Notes: generated from the letters alone by a model not told the origin. Shown: positions 38,271 through 48,871, numbered from the stretch's first letter. The stretch is 64,000 bases of DNA from Promethearchaeota archaeon (GCA_016839555.1 JAEOUA010000011.1:160001-224000); one strand, 5' to 3'. Made by a program: numbers and translations.

Positions 38271-39104
38271 ATGAATATTTGGGTTTTAGATGCGGGTTCT
38301 GGTATAACATTAGTTTATCTACCCTTTCGGGAAATTCCTATTAACGAGGATCTTGTGAGCGGATTACTTACTGCATTAAATAAATTTACTGTATTTGAAT
38401 TTAAGCAAGGTATAGAATCAATCGAAATGGGAGGATTAAGATGGGTATATCTTGAGGATAAGGAATCAAATCTCCTATTTATTGCAGCTGATAATAAAGA
38501 AGTAAGTGCCGATATGTTAAAAGCACGATTAAATGTGATAAAGCAAACTTTTTTAAAAGAATATGTCGAAACTAATATATTTAAAAAAGATAAATGGGAT
38601 GGAAATACGGATCCTTTTGAACCTTTTAAACAAGTTATAGATGAATATTATCGCCAATGGAAAAAAGCAGAAAGTATTACGACAGTAGGGGAGTTTTTCG
38701 ATATATTAGGGATTTTTCAACAAGTATTAAATATAATTATGAATGGGATGCAAAATGTTATAAAAAGAGATAAAATATTAAGCAGAATTGCAAATATGTT
38801 ATTTATTATGAAAACTAATCCAGACTTTCAAAAGGAGTCGGAATTGCAGAAAATAACCTTTAGTATTGAAGATGGCTTTAATATAATTGATATAAATCCT
38901 AATAAATGCGATATGGTGACAGTTGAACGCCATCTTATTCAATTAGTTAAAAACTCTGTTCAAATTATAAAAAATGAATTAAGTAGAGAAGAATTTGTGT
39001 ATTACTTTTTAAAAGAATATTTATTTAATTACCTTCTTAATAATTTAAGTTTACTGAAAAAACTTAATCTTGATTCTTTCCTTCTCAAACTATTTTTGAC
39101 TTAA
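38271..39104 (+). CDS. Longin-like domain protein (Asgard ESP type) with a helical C-terminal extension
   Basis: IWVLD..SGITL, EDLVSGLLTALNKF, IESIEMGG..WVY, LLFIAA, LNVIKQTFLKEY and WDGN...F..F. Confidence 0.75.
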   Translation: MNIWVLDAGSGITLVYLPFREIPINEDLVSGLLTALNKFTVFEFKQGIESIEMGGLRWVYLEDKESNLLFIAADNKEVSADMLKARLNVIKQTFLKEYVETNIFKKDKWDGNTDPFEPFKQVIDEYYRQWKKAESITTVGEFFDILGIFQQVLNIIMNGMQNVIKRDKILSRIANMLFIMKTNPDFQKESELQKITFSIEDGFNIIDINPNKCDMVTVERHLIQLVKNSVQIIKNELSREEFVYYFLKEYLFNYLLNNLSLLKKLNLDSFLLKLFLT

Positions 39105-39272
39105 TTATATATCTTTCTCTTAAAAGAAACTTTAAAAAACTATAATCAATAGCATTATAAAGAAAAGGACTAAAAAAAAGATAAACTCGTTATAAATAAT
39201 TTTTCTATAATTTCATCATAAGCTCATATTAAAACAAAATATTGATTTCAATTTTTTAATTATTAATTTTCT

Positions 39273-40214
39273 TCAAATTTTTTTTGTTGTTTTTTCATAA
39301 TTAATTATAAGAACAGCGATTAGAATGATAATTCCCCCCATTATATTCCAGATAACTATTATTTCATCTCGTTGGAGGAGGAAAGAAAAAAAGAGAGTCA
39401 AAAAAGGTTCAATATACAAAAAAGAGGCTACTTTAGAGGATTCCATATTTCTCTGAGAGCTCTGCCATATAAAATAACCAATAACATAACAACCAAGGCC
39501 CAAATATAAAGCACATAGGATTAGAATTAGATTTAAAAAATTATTTAGAAATCCTGATAATTCTCCAGTGAATAAGACAATTAAAAATAACTCAAGGGTT
39601 CCTAAATAACAGAGGTATTTTAACATCTCTAAACTAGACTTATTCTTAATTTGTTTTGTCATTGTGGAATAGATCCCCCAAAATAAAGGAGTAAGGAGCG
39701 CTAGAAAATAACCCAAAAAATTTGGTGAATTAGGAGCCAGAATTGTGACATCTCCACCCGTAACTAATAAAAATCCACCAATCGTAGCAATAATGAATCC
39801 AATTATTTTATATTTATTTAATTTTTCATCAAAAAAAATTAAGGCGAAAATTATAATTAAAACAGGAGATAAGAGACAGACAAATAGTGCTGGTAAAGAT
39901 GGCCCAATTAAATTTATCGCATTATATTGGGAAAAGAAAAAGAGCGAAATACCTGTAAAACTGGAAAAAATTATTAAGATCCATTCTCTTTTAGTATACT
40001 TTTTTTTATTTTGATTTGAATTTCGCTCACTATTCTTGTTATATCTTCGAATTTTCTTTAGAAAGTCTATTATTAAAAACGAGATAGAGGCAACTATGAA
40101 ACGATACAAGGCAACAGACATCGGAGAAATAAAATTTACTGCGATATCAACAATTATAAACGAAAAACTCCACAAAAAAATCATTACAAATAATAATATG
40201 TAAGAAATAATCAT
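39273..40214 (-). CDS. EamA/DMT family transporter
   Basis: LWSFSF, YRFIVA, FFDEKL and FLYIEPF; 10 TM helices in two repeats. Confidence 0.9.
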   Translation of the reverse strand: MIISYILLFVMIFLWSFSFIIVDIAVNFISPMSVALYRFIVASISFLIIDFLKKIRRYNKNSERNSNQNKKKYTKREWILIIFSSFTGISLFFFSQYNAINLIGPSLPALFVCLLSPVLIIIFALIFFDEKLNKYKIIGFIIATIGGFLLVTGGDVTILAPNSPNFLGYFLALLTPLFWGIYSTMTKQIKNKSSLEMLKYLCYLGTLELFLIVLFTGELSGFLNNFLNLILILCALYLGLGCYVIGYFIWQSSQRNMESSKVASFLYIEPFLTLFFSFLLQRDEIIVIWNIMGGIIILIAVLIINYEKTTKKI

Positions 40215-40394
40215 GATCTAAATAATTACATTTTTAAAACCTTAAAAATCCATTATTTTTTCAGTTTATTACATATAAGTTAGAAATCTAATTATGATTC
40301 CCGAAAGATCTTAATTTACTCTGGAATTATTTACGTCGTAAAAATTCTTTATAGAAACTATTTTAACTTTAGTTCTGCTAACATTATTTAAGGT

Positions 40395-41780
40395 TTACGG
40401 CATTTGAATAAGAGTAAGGAATATTAGATATATTATTGAAAGTGTAAGATGAATTAATGCGAAGATAGCCCCATTTTTAAGAAGTCGCTTAAAATTGAGA
40501 TTTTCTACCCCTGAATCTCGGGCAATTTTGAGGGTCATCAGATCACATGCTGCCCCTTGGGGTAAAAAGTTTCCCCCTAAATTAATCCCGATGATAAAGG
40601 CAAAAAGAATAGGTGCTGCTACATAACCCGAATTTATGATTGTTTGAACAATAGGAATAAAGATGAGCGCTGTCGGGGTGTTAGCTACCGCTCCACTCAA
40701 TCCACTCACTATTAATAATATAATAATACCTAATAGGATGGGAGAAATACCCGCTTCTATAGAAAAAAGTTTTTGGAATCCGGCTTCTAATAAACATCCA
40801 ACAACAATATATAGAGAAAGAAAAAAGAAGATCACTTCCCATTCCACATCTTTTAGAAGATCACGTGTTGATTTTTTAGTAAATTTTTTATTGATAAGAA
40901 TAAGCAGCATTGCAGCAATAATCGCCGTTATATAAAGAAGAGGCAGGATTGCAAAGAGTAAAATCGTAATAAGAATTCCTATTAAATTAATATAAAACAT
41001 TTTTTTATTCTTTACTACAGTATCAGTATCTATTAGTTCAATAATAAATTTCTTTTGTTGATCTTCAATTTTAGGCTCTTTTTTCAAATAAAAATGATCT
41101 ATTAAATAAATTGTTAAGAAAAGTAGGGCGAATGAGAAAATCCAGAAATTTTCGATAAAATAAAGCGTATTCAAATTAAAAGCAGTTGAGATAATAATAT
41201 TTTCTCCACTTGAGAATGGTGTAATAATAGATCCAATATTAATACAAATAGTCATACCCATTAAATAGGTCCCCGACCGAATTTTTAGAAAGTGACAGAG
41301 CCTAATAACAACCGGGGCAATGATTAATACTACCACTACATCTGTTATTATCGCCGCAAGAAGTGTGGTAATAATACAGATAAAATAAAAAAACGTATGT
41401 TGATTTCCACCAGATAATTTAAAAAGTTTTACCGCAAAATATTCTAAAATATTTGATTCCTCTGCAATCTTAGTAATAATAGACATACTCAAAATAATTA
41501 AGATCGCTTCAAATTCAATATGGGAAATAAATGTTTCTATTCCCAATTGGAGTACCACACCTGTGATTAGAGCACATATAAACGCACATATTAGTGAAAT
41601 CGCAACAAAATCTAATTTTTCAAACGAATAACTTATAATAATTAAAACGAAGAAAATAAAGGACATTAGTAATATAGGGATATTTAATTCAGTTGGGGCT
41701 TCACCTAAAAATAATGTATTATATAAATTCTCTAATAATGTTTTTAATGGCTCAAGATTCATCGATAATAAAAGTTTCAC
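40395..41780 (-). CDS. ArsB/NhaD/SLC13 (ion transporter superfamily) permease
   Basis: NIGSIITPFSSGENIII, VEWEVIFFF, VANTP and NLGGNFLPQGAA. Confidence 0.85.
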   Translation of the reverse strand: MKLLLSMNLEPLKTLLENLYNTLFLGEAPTELNIPILLMSFIFFVLIIISYSFEKLDFVAISLICAFICALITGVVLQLGIETFISHIEFEAILIILSMSIITKIAEESNILEYFAVKLFKLSGGNQHTFFYFICIITTLLAAIITDVVVVLIIAPVVIRLCHFLKIRSGTYLMGMTICINIGSIITPFSSGENIIISTAFNLNTLYFIENFWIFSFALLFLTIYLIDHFYLKKEPKIEDQQKKFIIELIDTDTVVKNKKMFYINLIGILITILLFAILPLLYITAIIAAMLLILINKKFTKKSTRDLLKDVEWEVIFFFLSLYIVVGCLLEAGFQKLFSIEAGISPILLGIIILLIVSGLSGAVANTPTALIFIPIVQTIINSGYVAAPILFAFIIGINLGGNFLPQGAACDLMTLKIARDSGVENLNFKRLLKNGAIFALIHLTLSIIYLIFLTLIQMP

Positions 41781-42051
41781 GCTTAAATTTTTAGAATATT
41801 AAGAATATTAAATCTAAAACATTTTATAAACCTAATTAATTAGTATAATGGAGCTAAAGGTTTATTATAATATTTATGAAGTTGGGTTTTAATTGTATTT
41901 AATAAATATTTGACAAAAATTTGATAAGATCAATTAAATAGACTTAATTATTTTTCTTTATTCAATGTTTAAATTCCTAGATGCTAAGAAAATTTTAACC
42001 CACAAGAATTTAGTTTTTAAAAGGAATTTATCACATTCCTTAATAGAAAAT

Positions 42052-43254
42052 TTATTTATCTTGATATTTATCCCATTTCTTATTTAATTCAGGATTTTTC
42101 AATGTTTCCATGACATAATTAGCAAATTCTTCCCCAGTTTTTCCCGTATCCCTCCCTGTAAGAATAATTTTCTTTTCGTAAAGCCCACATATATCTAAAG
42201 CTTTTTCTAATCGTTTTGCTTTCTCATTATATCCAATATGATCTAACATCATAACTACAGCTCTTAATAGACTTGAGGGATCGGCATATTTAGCTCTTTC
42301 TTCTTTAACCATCCTTGGAGCTGACCCATGAATGGCTTCAAACATCGCATATCTTTTTCCAACGTTAGCACTTCCTGCGGTTCCCACTCCTCCTTGCATC
42401 TGAGCAGCCTCATCAGTGATTATATCACCATATAGGTTAGGGGCCACGATTACTCTAAATTGTGATTGCCGAGAAGGATCAATTAATTTTGCAGTCATTA
42501 TATCTATATACCAATCATCCCATTCTATATCGGGATATTTTTTTGATATTTTTTCTGCCATGGACAGGAATTTACCATCTGTTAATTTTACTACATTAGC
42601 TTTCGTTACTATGGTTACTTTTTTAATATTATTTTTTTTTGCATACTCAAAAGCCAGTTTTATAATTCTTTCTGCACCTTGAGTTGTAATCACTTTAAAA
42701 TCTATAGCTAAATCATCGGTTATTTCGATCCCATTTGAACCAAGGATATAAGCTCCTTCAGTATTTTCTCTAAAAAATATCCAATCTATATCTTTTCCAG
42801 GTAATTTAACAGGACGAATATTTGCGAAAAGATCTAATTCACGTCGCATAGCTACATTGGCACTTTCTATATTCGGCCATTTATCTCCTTTTCTTGGTGT
42901 AGTTGTTGGACCTTTTAATAAGACATGACAGGATTTAATTTCTTTTAAAATATTATCAGGAATAGCTTTCATTACTTTGGCCCTATTTTCAATCGTTAAT
43001 CCTTTAATCTCACGCAGTTTTATTTTTCCATCATTTATTTCATCTTTTAATATGAATTTAAGTACAGATTTCGCATGTTTTGAAATTTCTGGACCTATTC
43101 CATCTCCACCAATTATTCCTATAATTATGGGTTTCAATTTGGAATAGTCTATCCAATCTCCTTCATCTTTTAATCTTTTAACTCGATCTAATTGTTCTCT
43201 TATTAGGGCTTCAAAATGATCTTTTGCGTGTTTAATTTCTTTTTCAAATCGCAT
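42052..43254 (-). CDS. Isocitrate/isopropylmalate family dehydrogenase
   Basis: GDGIGPEI, LKGPTTTP, NVAMRRELDLFANIRP, RENTEG, KANV, PNLYGDIITD and FEAIHGSAP. Confidence 0.92.
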   Translation of the reverse strand: MRFEKEIKHAKDHFEALIREQLDRVKRLKDEGDWIDYSKLKPIIIGIIGGDGIGPEISKHAKSVLKFILKDEINDGKIKLREIKGLTIENRAKVMKAIPDNILKEIKSCHVLLKGPTTTPRKGDKWPNIESANVAMRRELDLFANIRPVKLPGKDIDWIFFRENTEGAYILGSNGIEITDDLAIDFKVITTQGAERIIKLAFEYAKKNNIKKVTIVTKANVVKLTDGKFLSMAEKISKKYPDIEWDDWYIDIMTAKLIDPSRQSQFRVIVAPNLYGDIITDEAAQMQGGVGTAGSANVGKRYAMFEAIHGSAPRMVKEERAKYADPSSLLRAVVMMLDHIGYNEKAKRLEKALDICGLYEKKIILTGRDTGKTGEEFANYVMETLKNPELNKKWDKYQDK

Positions 43255-43313
43255 ACTTATTTCAATTAATTACAAAATTAATAATTGTTTATATAAAAAA
43301 TGAAAGAGAATTG

Positions 43314-44168
43314 TTAATCCATTTTGTATCCGCATTTTGGACATTTGAAGTCAAGTGGTAAATTAATTTTAGCTTTGTTTCCACACGATGGACAATACCA
43401 GAATGCTTGTTCTCTACTTTTAATTAAATAAGAAGATTTTTGACCAATTAATAAGTCCAGTGATTTTCTCTTAAAATAGGATTTAGGTTTACCACATATA
43501 ATACATTTCCAATTATTAGGTAATTCTTCCATTATAACTTGATCCCCACATTCCATACATTCCCAAATTATTTGTTCGTCTTGAACAAAACTTAAATATT
43601 TTTTTTGAAAATAGGATTTAAGTTGTCCACATGAAGGACACAGCCAATCTTCAGGTAAATTTTCTATTGAAATCTGAAAGCCACAACCCTGACATTCCCA
43701 AAGTGGTATACTTTCTTTCTTTAGTAAGGATTTATTATCAAATGCATTATCCAAGATTTGCAATATTTCATAAGCTTTTCTTTCTCTCTCAGCAATAAAA
43801 ATTAATCGAGATGAAATTTCATTTAAAGCTTCTTTATGTGCAATCTCAGCAAAATTTGGGTAAATCTCACGCCAAGCTTTAAGTTGCTCTCTGAGAGCAA
43901 CAGTAAGATTATCATATGTTTTTTCAATAGAAGGAATATCTCCAAATAGAGAAGAGGGTATTTTTAAGGAATTCTTATTTTCAATTTTTTTTAATAATAA
44001 ATAACTCCATTTTGCAAGTTCTTTTTTTAGGTCTGCTAAATTTAAAAAGAAGTTCGCAATTATTAGGAATCCATCTTCTTTTGCTTGATTAGAAAATAGT
44101 TCAAAAAGACATCTCATATGAGACTGATATAGATACGAAAACATTAAATTTTTAATTGTCCTTTCCAT
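43314..44168 (-). CDS. Degenerate rubrerythrin-like protein with three rubredoxin-like modules
   Basis: RTIKNL, QAKEDGF and IYPNFAEIA scaffold; WECQGCG..CPSCG, WECMECG..CIICG and WYCPSCG..CPKCG. Confidence 0.8.
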   Translation of the reverse strand: MERTIKNLMFSYLYQSHMRCLFELFSNQAKEDGFLIIANFFLNLADLKKELAKWSYLLLKKIENKNSLKIPSSLFGDIPSIEKTYDNLTVALREQLKAWREIYPNFAEIAHKEALNEISSRLIFIAERERKAYEILQILDNAFDNKSLLKKESIPLWECQGCGFQISIENLPEDWLCPSCGQLKSYFQKKYLSFVQDEQIIWECMECGDQVIMEELPNNWKCIICGKPKSYFKRKSLDLLIGQKSSYLIKSREQAFWYCPSCGNKAKINLPLDFKCPKCGYKMD

Positions 44169-44235
44169 CGCAGATTTTACTTAGATTTTTTAACCTCATT
44201 AAAATAATAGATATGATAAAAATAGAATGCAAAGT

Positions 44236-45000
44236 TTATTTATCAAATTTCTTTAAAAAATTACTAATCTCTGAAGGCATAAAGATAATTATCTTTTGAG
44301 AAGGCTCTTGGGAAATGTCTTGTATCGTTTGTAAAGTGCGCAAACTTAGAGCTCCTGGAGTTTGGGATAATATTTTTGCCGCTTCAGCAATATTCTTAGA
44401 AGCTTCATATTCTCCTTCTGAGGCAATAATTGCTGCTCTCTTTTCACGCTCTTTTTCTGCTTGAACAGCCATAGCACGCTTCATATTTTCGGGTAATTCT
44501 ATTTGTTGGATTTTTATTTGTGTAATTTGTATTCCCCAATCTCTTGTTTCTTCATCAACAACCTTTCGAATCTCCCTTGAAATCTTTTCTCTTTGCGTTA
44601 AAACTTCATCTAATTCCATATTTCCAATTACATCCCGTAAAGCCCCTTGTGTATAATTGAGCACCGCTCTCATAAAATTTTCAATCTTTGTTGTTGCATA
44701 TTCAGGATTAATCACTCGATAAAACACAGACGTATCTATTGTGATTGGGATATTATCTTTAGAAATGATTTCTTGCCGAGCAATGTCCAATGTTTTGATC
44801 CTTAAATCAATCTTAATTCCTTTTTCGATTACTGGTAATAAAAAGATTATCCCTGGTCCTACCGTTCTTTTATATCTTCCAAAGCGAAAAATAACCAATC
44901 TTCGGTATTCGGTTACAGTTTTTAAACTTACTCCCATTATAATGAGTATAATGACGGAAATAGTAACAACAAGTCCGATGATTAATAATAAATTTACCAT
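44236..45000 (-). CDS. SPFH/band-7 (stomatin-like) protein
   Basis: VIFRFGR..GPG, IDLR, ISKDN, LRDVIG, WGI, RAMAVQAEKEREKRA and LRTLQT. Confidence 0.93.
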   Translation of the reverse strand: MVNLLLIIGLVVTISVIILIIMGVSLKTVTEYRRLVIFRFGRYKRTVGPGIIFLLPVIEKGIKIDLRIKTLDIARQEIISKDNIPITIDTSVFYRVINPEYATTKIENFMRAVLNYTQGALRDVIGNMELDEVLTQREKISREIRKVVDEETRDWGIQITQIKIQQIELPENMKRAMAVQAEKEREKRAAIIASEGEYEASKNIAEAAKILSQTPGALSLRTLQTIQDISQEPSQKIIIFMPSEISNFLKKFDK

Positions 45001-45168
45001 TGTTTTAACCTCTTATTTACTTAATGAAGCTCGCTATTTAAAAATTATAATATGATTATTATTTTTCTATAAAAACTTATATTATTTTATCAATAGACAT
45101 CAAAAAGAGTTAAAGGATTAAAGAGAGGATTACTTTTTAATTTATATTTTAGAAAAAAAAAATTTTCT

Positions 45169-45882
45169 TCACAAAAAACTTTTAACTTTATTAATATCAT
45201 TTGTTATGAGGCCGTCAACTCCCCATGCTATCAATTTCTTAATCGCAATTATGGAATCAACAGTCCAAGGATGAACTCGTAAGTTATTTTCATGAGCAAA
45301 TGTGATTAACTTTTCATTAATTAATCTATAAAGCGGATGAATGGCATAACATTCTAAATTTTTTGCATTTTCGACCGCTTGTTTTTGATAACCCCATTCC
45401 TTCGACCAATTAGTTCCCGTAGGTTCTAATGATGCTATTCGCACACTTGGTTCAATTTTATGTACTTCTATTAATTCCTTATGGTTAAAGGAACTAATAA
45501 TAGTATCTTCTATAAAAGAAGAGTTTCTGAAGATATCTACGAGCGCAGATGCCATTCCTTCTGCTTTAATTTCGCACTGCAATCCGATTTTTCCCTTTGC
45601 AAGATCTATTAATTCTTGTAAGGTTGGAATTTGCTCACCCTCTTCGCACTGAAGCCTTTTTATTTCTTTTAGAGTCATATCTTTAATTAGTCCCTTATGA
45701 CCAGTAGTCCTAAAGGTATTTTCATCATGAATAATTACGATTTCTTTATCTTTTGTGAAATGCACATCAAATTCTACATAATCCGCTCCCAATTCTATAG
45801 CCCTTTCAAAAGCTTTTAAAGTATTTTCTGGAGCTTCTTTACTGGCTCCTCTATGAGCAATCAATAAAAAGTCTTTTTTCAT
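45169..45882 (-). CDS. Glycerophosphodiester phosphodiesterase
   Basis: IAHRGAS.EAPENTL, EFDVHFTKD, IHD, EIK, SSF, WTVD and GVDGLITN. Confidence 0.94.
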   Translation of the reverse strand: MKKDFLLIAHRGASKEAPENTLKAFERAIELGADYVEFDVHFTKDKEIVIIHDENTFRTTGHKGLIKDMTLKEIKRLQCEEGEQIPTLQELIDLAKGKIGLQCEIKAEGMASALVDIFRNSSFIEDTIISSFNHKELIEVHKIEPSVRIASLEPTGTNWSKEWGYQKQAVENAKNLECYAIHPLYRLINEKLITFAHENNLRVHPWTVDSIIAIKKLIAWGVDGLITNDINKVKSFL

Positions 45883-46158
45883 ATTTAACCACTTATTATA
45901 GTCTTCTACCTATACTATTTTGTTTATTTTTAGGTAAGTTATGTTATTATATAATTAAAAAAATTTATAATATATAATAAATATTGTAAATAAATTTATA
46001 TTTTTAAAACCAAACATCTATATACTTTCCCGATTGTTAATAAATTGTTTTGAAATGTTTTGAATAAGTTTAAATATAGGAATTTATTTTAAATGTAAGT
46101 TAAGGTTAATTTTTTTAATAAAAGCGTGCAAAAAAAAATAATAAGGTGACCTACATAG

Positions 46159-46413
46159 ATGAGATTCTGCCCAAATTGCGATAATATCTTAATTCCAAAA
46201 GATGGGAAGCTTTATTGTCAAGCCTGCGAAGAATATTTCGAGCTTGGAAAGAATGATAAGGATTATACCATTAGCAAAAAAATCCATCACGATGATCGTG
46301 AGAAGAGTTCCCGGGTTTTAAAGAAGAGTTCTAGAGTTAAATCAACGATTTCGATTGAAGATCGGAAAGCTTATGAAGAATTTTTTACGAACTCGGAGGA
46401 AGGATCTTATTAA
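46159..46413 (+). CDS. RpoM/TFS-like protein retaining only the N-terminal Zn ribbon
   Basis: MRFCPNCDNILIP...LYCQAC; no second CxxC pair; AAGGTGA upstream. Confidence 0.75.
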   Translation: MRFCPNCDNILIPKDGKLYCQACEEYFELGKNDKDYTISKKIHHDDREKSSRVLKKSSRVKSTISIEDRKAYEEFFTNSEEGSY

Positions 46414-46609
46414 TTTTCTTAACTTGTTTTAGAAATAGATATATTCTTATTCTTACTCGAAATATATCACTTCAAATTTATTTTTGTTTGATTTATTTAT
46501 ATTTAATTTAAATTAAAATATCTTCAAAATTTAAAAACTTAAAATATTTTCAAAATTTAAATTATATATCAAAAAATATCAAAAAAAATAAGATATTAGG
46601 AAAATAAAA

Positions 46610-47008
46610 ATGTCAGAAAAAAAAGAAAAAGGGAAGAAACTTAAAGGATTAGCAAAAATTCTAGATGATAATTTATCTCCTTTAAATCAGAATAAAAAAT
46701 TTAAAGAAGAATATAAAGATGCCGATATAAAGATTCTTATAAATGCTGTTGACGGGCGATGGGCTGCATTAATAAAAATTATTAAGGGTATAATTGAAGT
46801 GGAAGGTGTTAGAAACAACAAGGAGGAAATTACAAAAGAGAAGTTAGGATGGGACGGAAAATTAGAGACAACCACTGAAATTTTATTGAATATTGCGATG
46901 GGTAAAATATCTACACTATCATTCATGGGAAAACTCATAACGCGAAAAATTAAAATCAAAAATATGAAAAAAGTGATGGTATTAACTAACTTATTCGCTT
47001 TGCTTTAA
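46610..47008 (+). CDS. SCP2 (sterol carrier)-like small protein
   Basis: AALIKIIKGIIEV, D.KLETTTEILLNIAMGKIS and LITRKIKIK pattern. Confidence 0.55.
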   Translation: MSEKKEKGKKLKGLAKILDDNLSPLNQNKKFKEEYKDADIKILINAVDGRWAALIKIIKGIIEVEGVRNNKEEITKEKLGWDGKLETTTEILLNIAMGKISTLSFMGKLITRKIKIKNMKKVMVLTNLFALL

Positions 47009-47236
47009 TCTATAATTTTTTATTATTATAAAAGATTAATCTAAAGTATCAAATATTTTAAAAATTTTATTTTCTCTATAGATTATTTTCATTTGAATAA
47101 GATTCAGATATATCAATAGAAAATTATTAAATTAAGTTATAAGGAAATAAATTCTTATTATTTAGGTTTAATTAAGAAATTTTCACGTTTTATTTATCTC
47201 TATCTTAATTTGAAAGAAAATCATGCTAAATATAAT

Positions 47237-47674
47237 TTATAGATTTAGTTTAAATGTGTGTGTAAGAGATTCCAATTTCTCTGATAGATTATTGATATCG
47301 GCCCGAGTTAAATCATTTAATAAAACTGTTTTATCAGATTCAGAGATATCTGAAAATTTATTGAGAAATTTTCGTAAAAAGAATACTTTTTTGACAGGAG
47401 TATTTCTAATATCTAAAATTGTTTTATTAATAAGAAGTTGAGGTATAGAATATTGTTTTTCAGCTTTATCCTTATATAAGTCTTTCTGTAAGATACCCTC
47501 ATTTTTAAATATTATATTTTTTAAGAGAAGATCTTCATGAATTTTTTTAATTAATTCTTCTCTGGAAAGAATGGACATTTCTGAAATTAATTTTTCCAAT
47601 TCAAGGATATTATTATTTAGGTTATCAATTTTCGAGAGAAATTCTTTCCATATTTCATTATTAGTTTTATCCAA
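47237..47674 (-). CDS. Hypothetical protein
   Basis: 145-aa ORF with an N-terminal coiled coil; TTG start. Confidence 0.6.
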   Translation of the reverse strand: MDKTNNEIWKEFLSKIDNLNNNILELEKLISEMSILSREELIKKIHEDLLLKNIIFKNEGILQKDLYKDKAEKQYSIPQLLINKTILDIRNTPVKKVFFLRKFLNKFSDISESDKTVLLNDLTRADINNLSEKLESLTHTFKLNL

Positions 47675-47757
47675 AGATCACACCATTACTATCATTCACT
47701 AAATAATAATCTGTTCTAAATTTTTAAATTTATTCAACAATTAATATTAACGTTGAG

Positions 47758-48489
47758 ATGATTGATAAAAATAATCTTGAGCAACTACAAATCTTTCTCA
47801 ATTATCATTTTCGAGACAAAAACTTATTATCTCAGGCCTTAACTACTCCACAATTAGCTCATCAAAAAGGATTAAAGGATTATGAAATTTTAGAAACCAT
47901 TGGCGATGCTGTGATAAAATTAATCTTTTTATTAAAAAAGTATAAATCTGGAGTTCGAAAGCCAGGAAAAATAACTAAAATTAAACAACAATTAGAAAAT
48001 GATGATACATTAAAAAAAATAGCTCAAAAATATTTTCATTTAGATAAATTTATACTCAAAGCTGACGCTCAAGAAATAAAGGGTACCAAAATATTAGCAG
48101 ATATATTAGAAGCATTATGCGGGGCAATGTATCTGGACTCTAACGAAAATATAAAAATTGTTGAAGAAAAAGTCATTAATAAGTTTTATGATCAGTGGGA
48201 TGACCTTGTTGAGGGATCCGCCATTTTAAATAAGAATAAATTGTTGGAGTTTTTGCAGTCAAAATTAAGATTTACTCCTACTATAAAAACAGAGTTTAAA
48301 TCATTTGGTCCTGATAATCAACCATTTTGGATTGCTAAAAATCCAAAAATTTATGATAATAATAATAGAAAATTAAAAAATATTACAAAATTTGTAAAAG
48401 ATTTAAGTTCTGAGAAAGCAAAAACAAAAAGAGAAGCGGAACAAATTTTATTTTTGAAAATACTTAAGATTTTAAAGCAAAAAATTTAA
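47758..48489 (+). CDS. rnc: Ribonuclease III family protein with a dsRBD-like C-terminus
   Basis: LNYHFRDKNLLSQALT, YEILETIGDAV and LADILEALCGAMYLDS; C-terminal KNKLLEFLQ...GPDNQP...TKREAEQ. Confidence 0.85.
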   Translation: MIDKNNLEQLQIFLNYHFRDKNLLSQALTTPQLAHQKGLKDYEILETIGDAVIKLIFLLKKYKSGVRKPGKITKIKQQLENDDTLKKIAQKYFHLDKFILKADAQEIKGTKILADILEALCGAMYLDSNENIKIVEEKVINKFYDQWDDLVEGSAILNKNKLLEFLQSKLRFTPTIKTEFKSFGPDNQPFWIAKNPKIYDNNNRKLKNITKFVKDLSSEKAKTKREAEQILFLKILKILKQKI

Positions 48490-48514
48490 TTTGAGAAATT
48501 TCTATTAGAGCATA

Positions 48515-48871
48515 ATGAGAGAAAAAGAAAATTATATAGTAATGCAATATAGGTGTAATTTTTGTAATGCTATGCATGATGTAAGAATTAAAAAAAAACT
48601 TTTGGAGTCTCAAAGTAAATATCCTTTCCCCTATGTATTTTTACATAATTCTATAAAGAAAGGAGAAGCGAAGGAATTATTAACCATTTTATATATCGAC
48701 CGTGATGGACGAGTTCGCGGCCAAGAAATACAAGAGTTTGGAAATGATAATCTTTTTTCAAGGGAACAAGTAATGGCAATGATAGAACCATTAATGAAGG
48801 AAATTCGGTTTCTTCGTCAAGACAATCTCAAATTAAAAAAAAAGATTGAAGAATTAAAAAATAATCATTAA
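48515..48871 (+). CDS. Hypothetical protein (CxxC..H motif, C-terminal coiled coil)
   Basis: YRCNFCNAMH, YPFPYVFLH and LYIDRDGRVRG. Confidence 0.65.
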   Translation: MREKENYIVMQYRCNFCNAMHDVRIKKKLLESQSKYPFPYVFLHNSIKKGEAKELLTILYIDRDGRVRGQEIQEFGNDNLFSREQVMAMIEPLMKEIRFLRQDNLKLKKKIEELKNNH

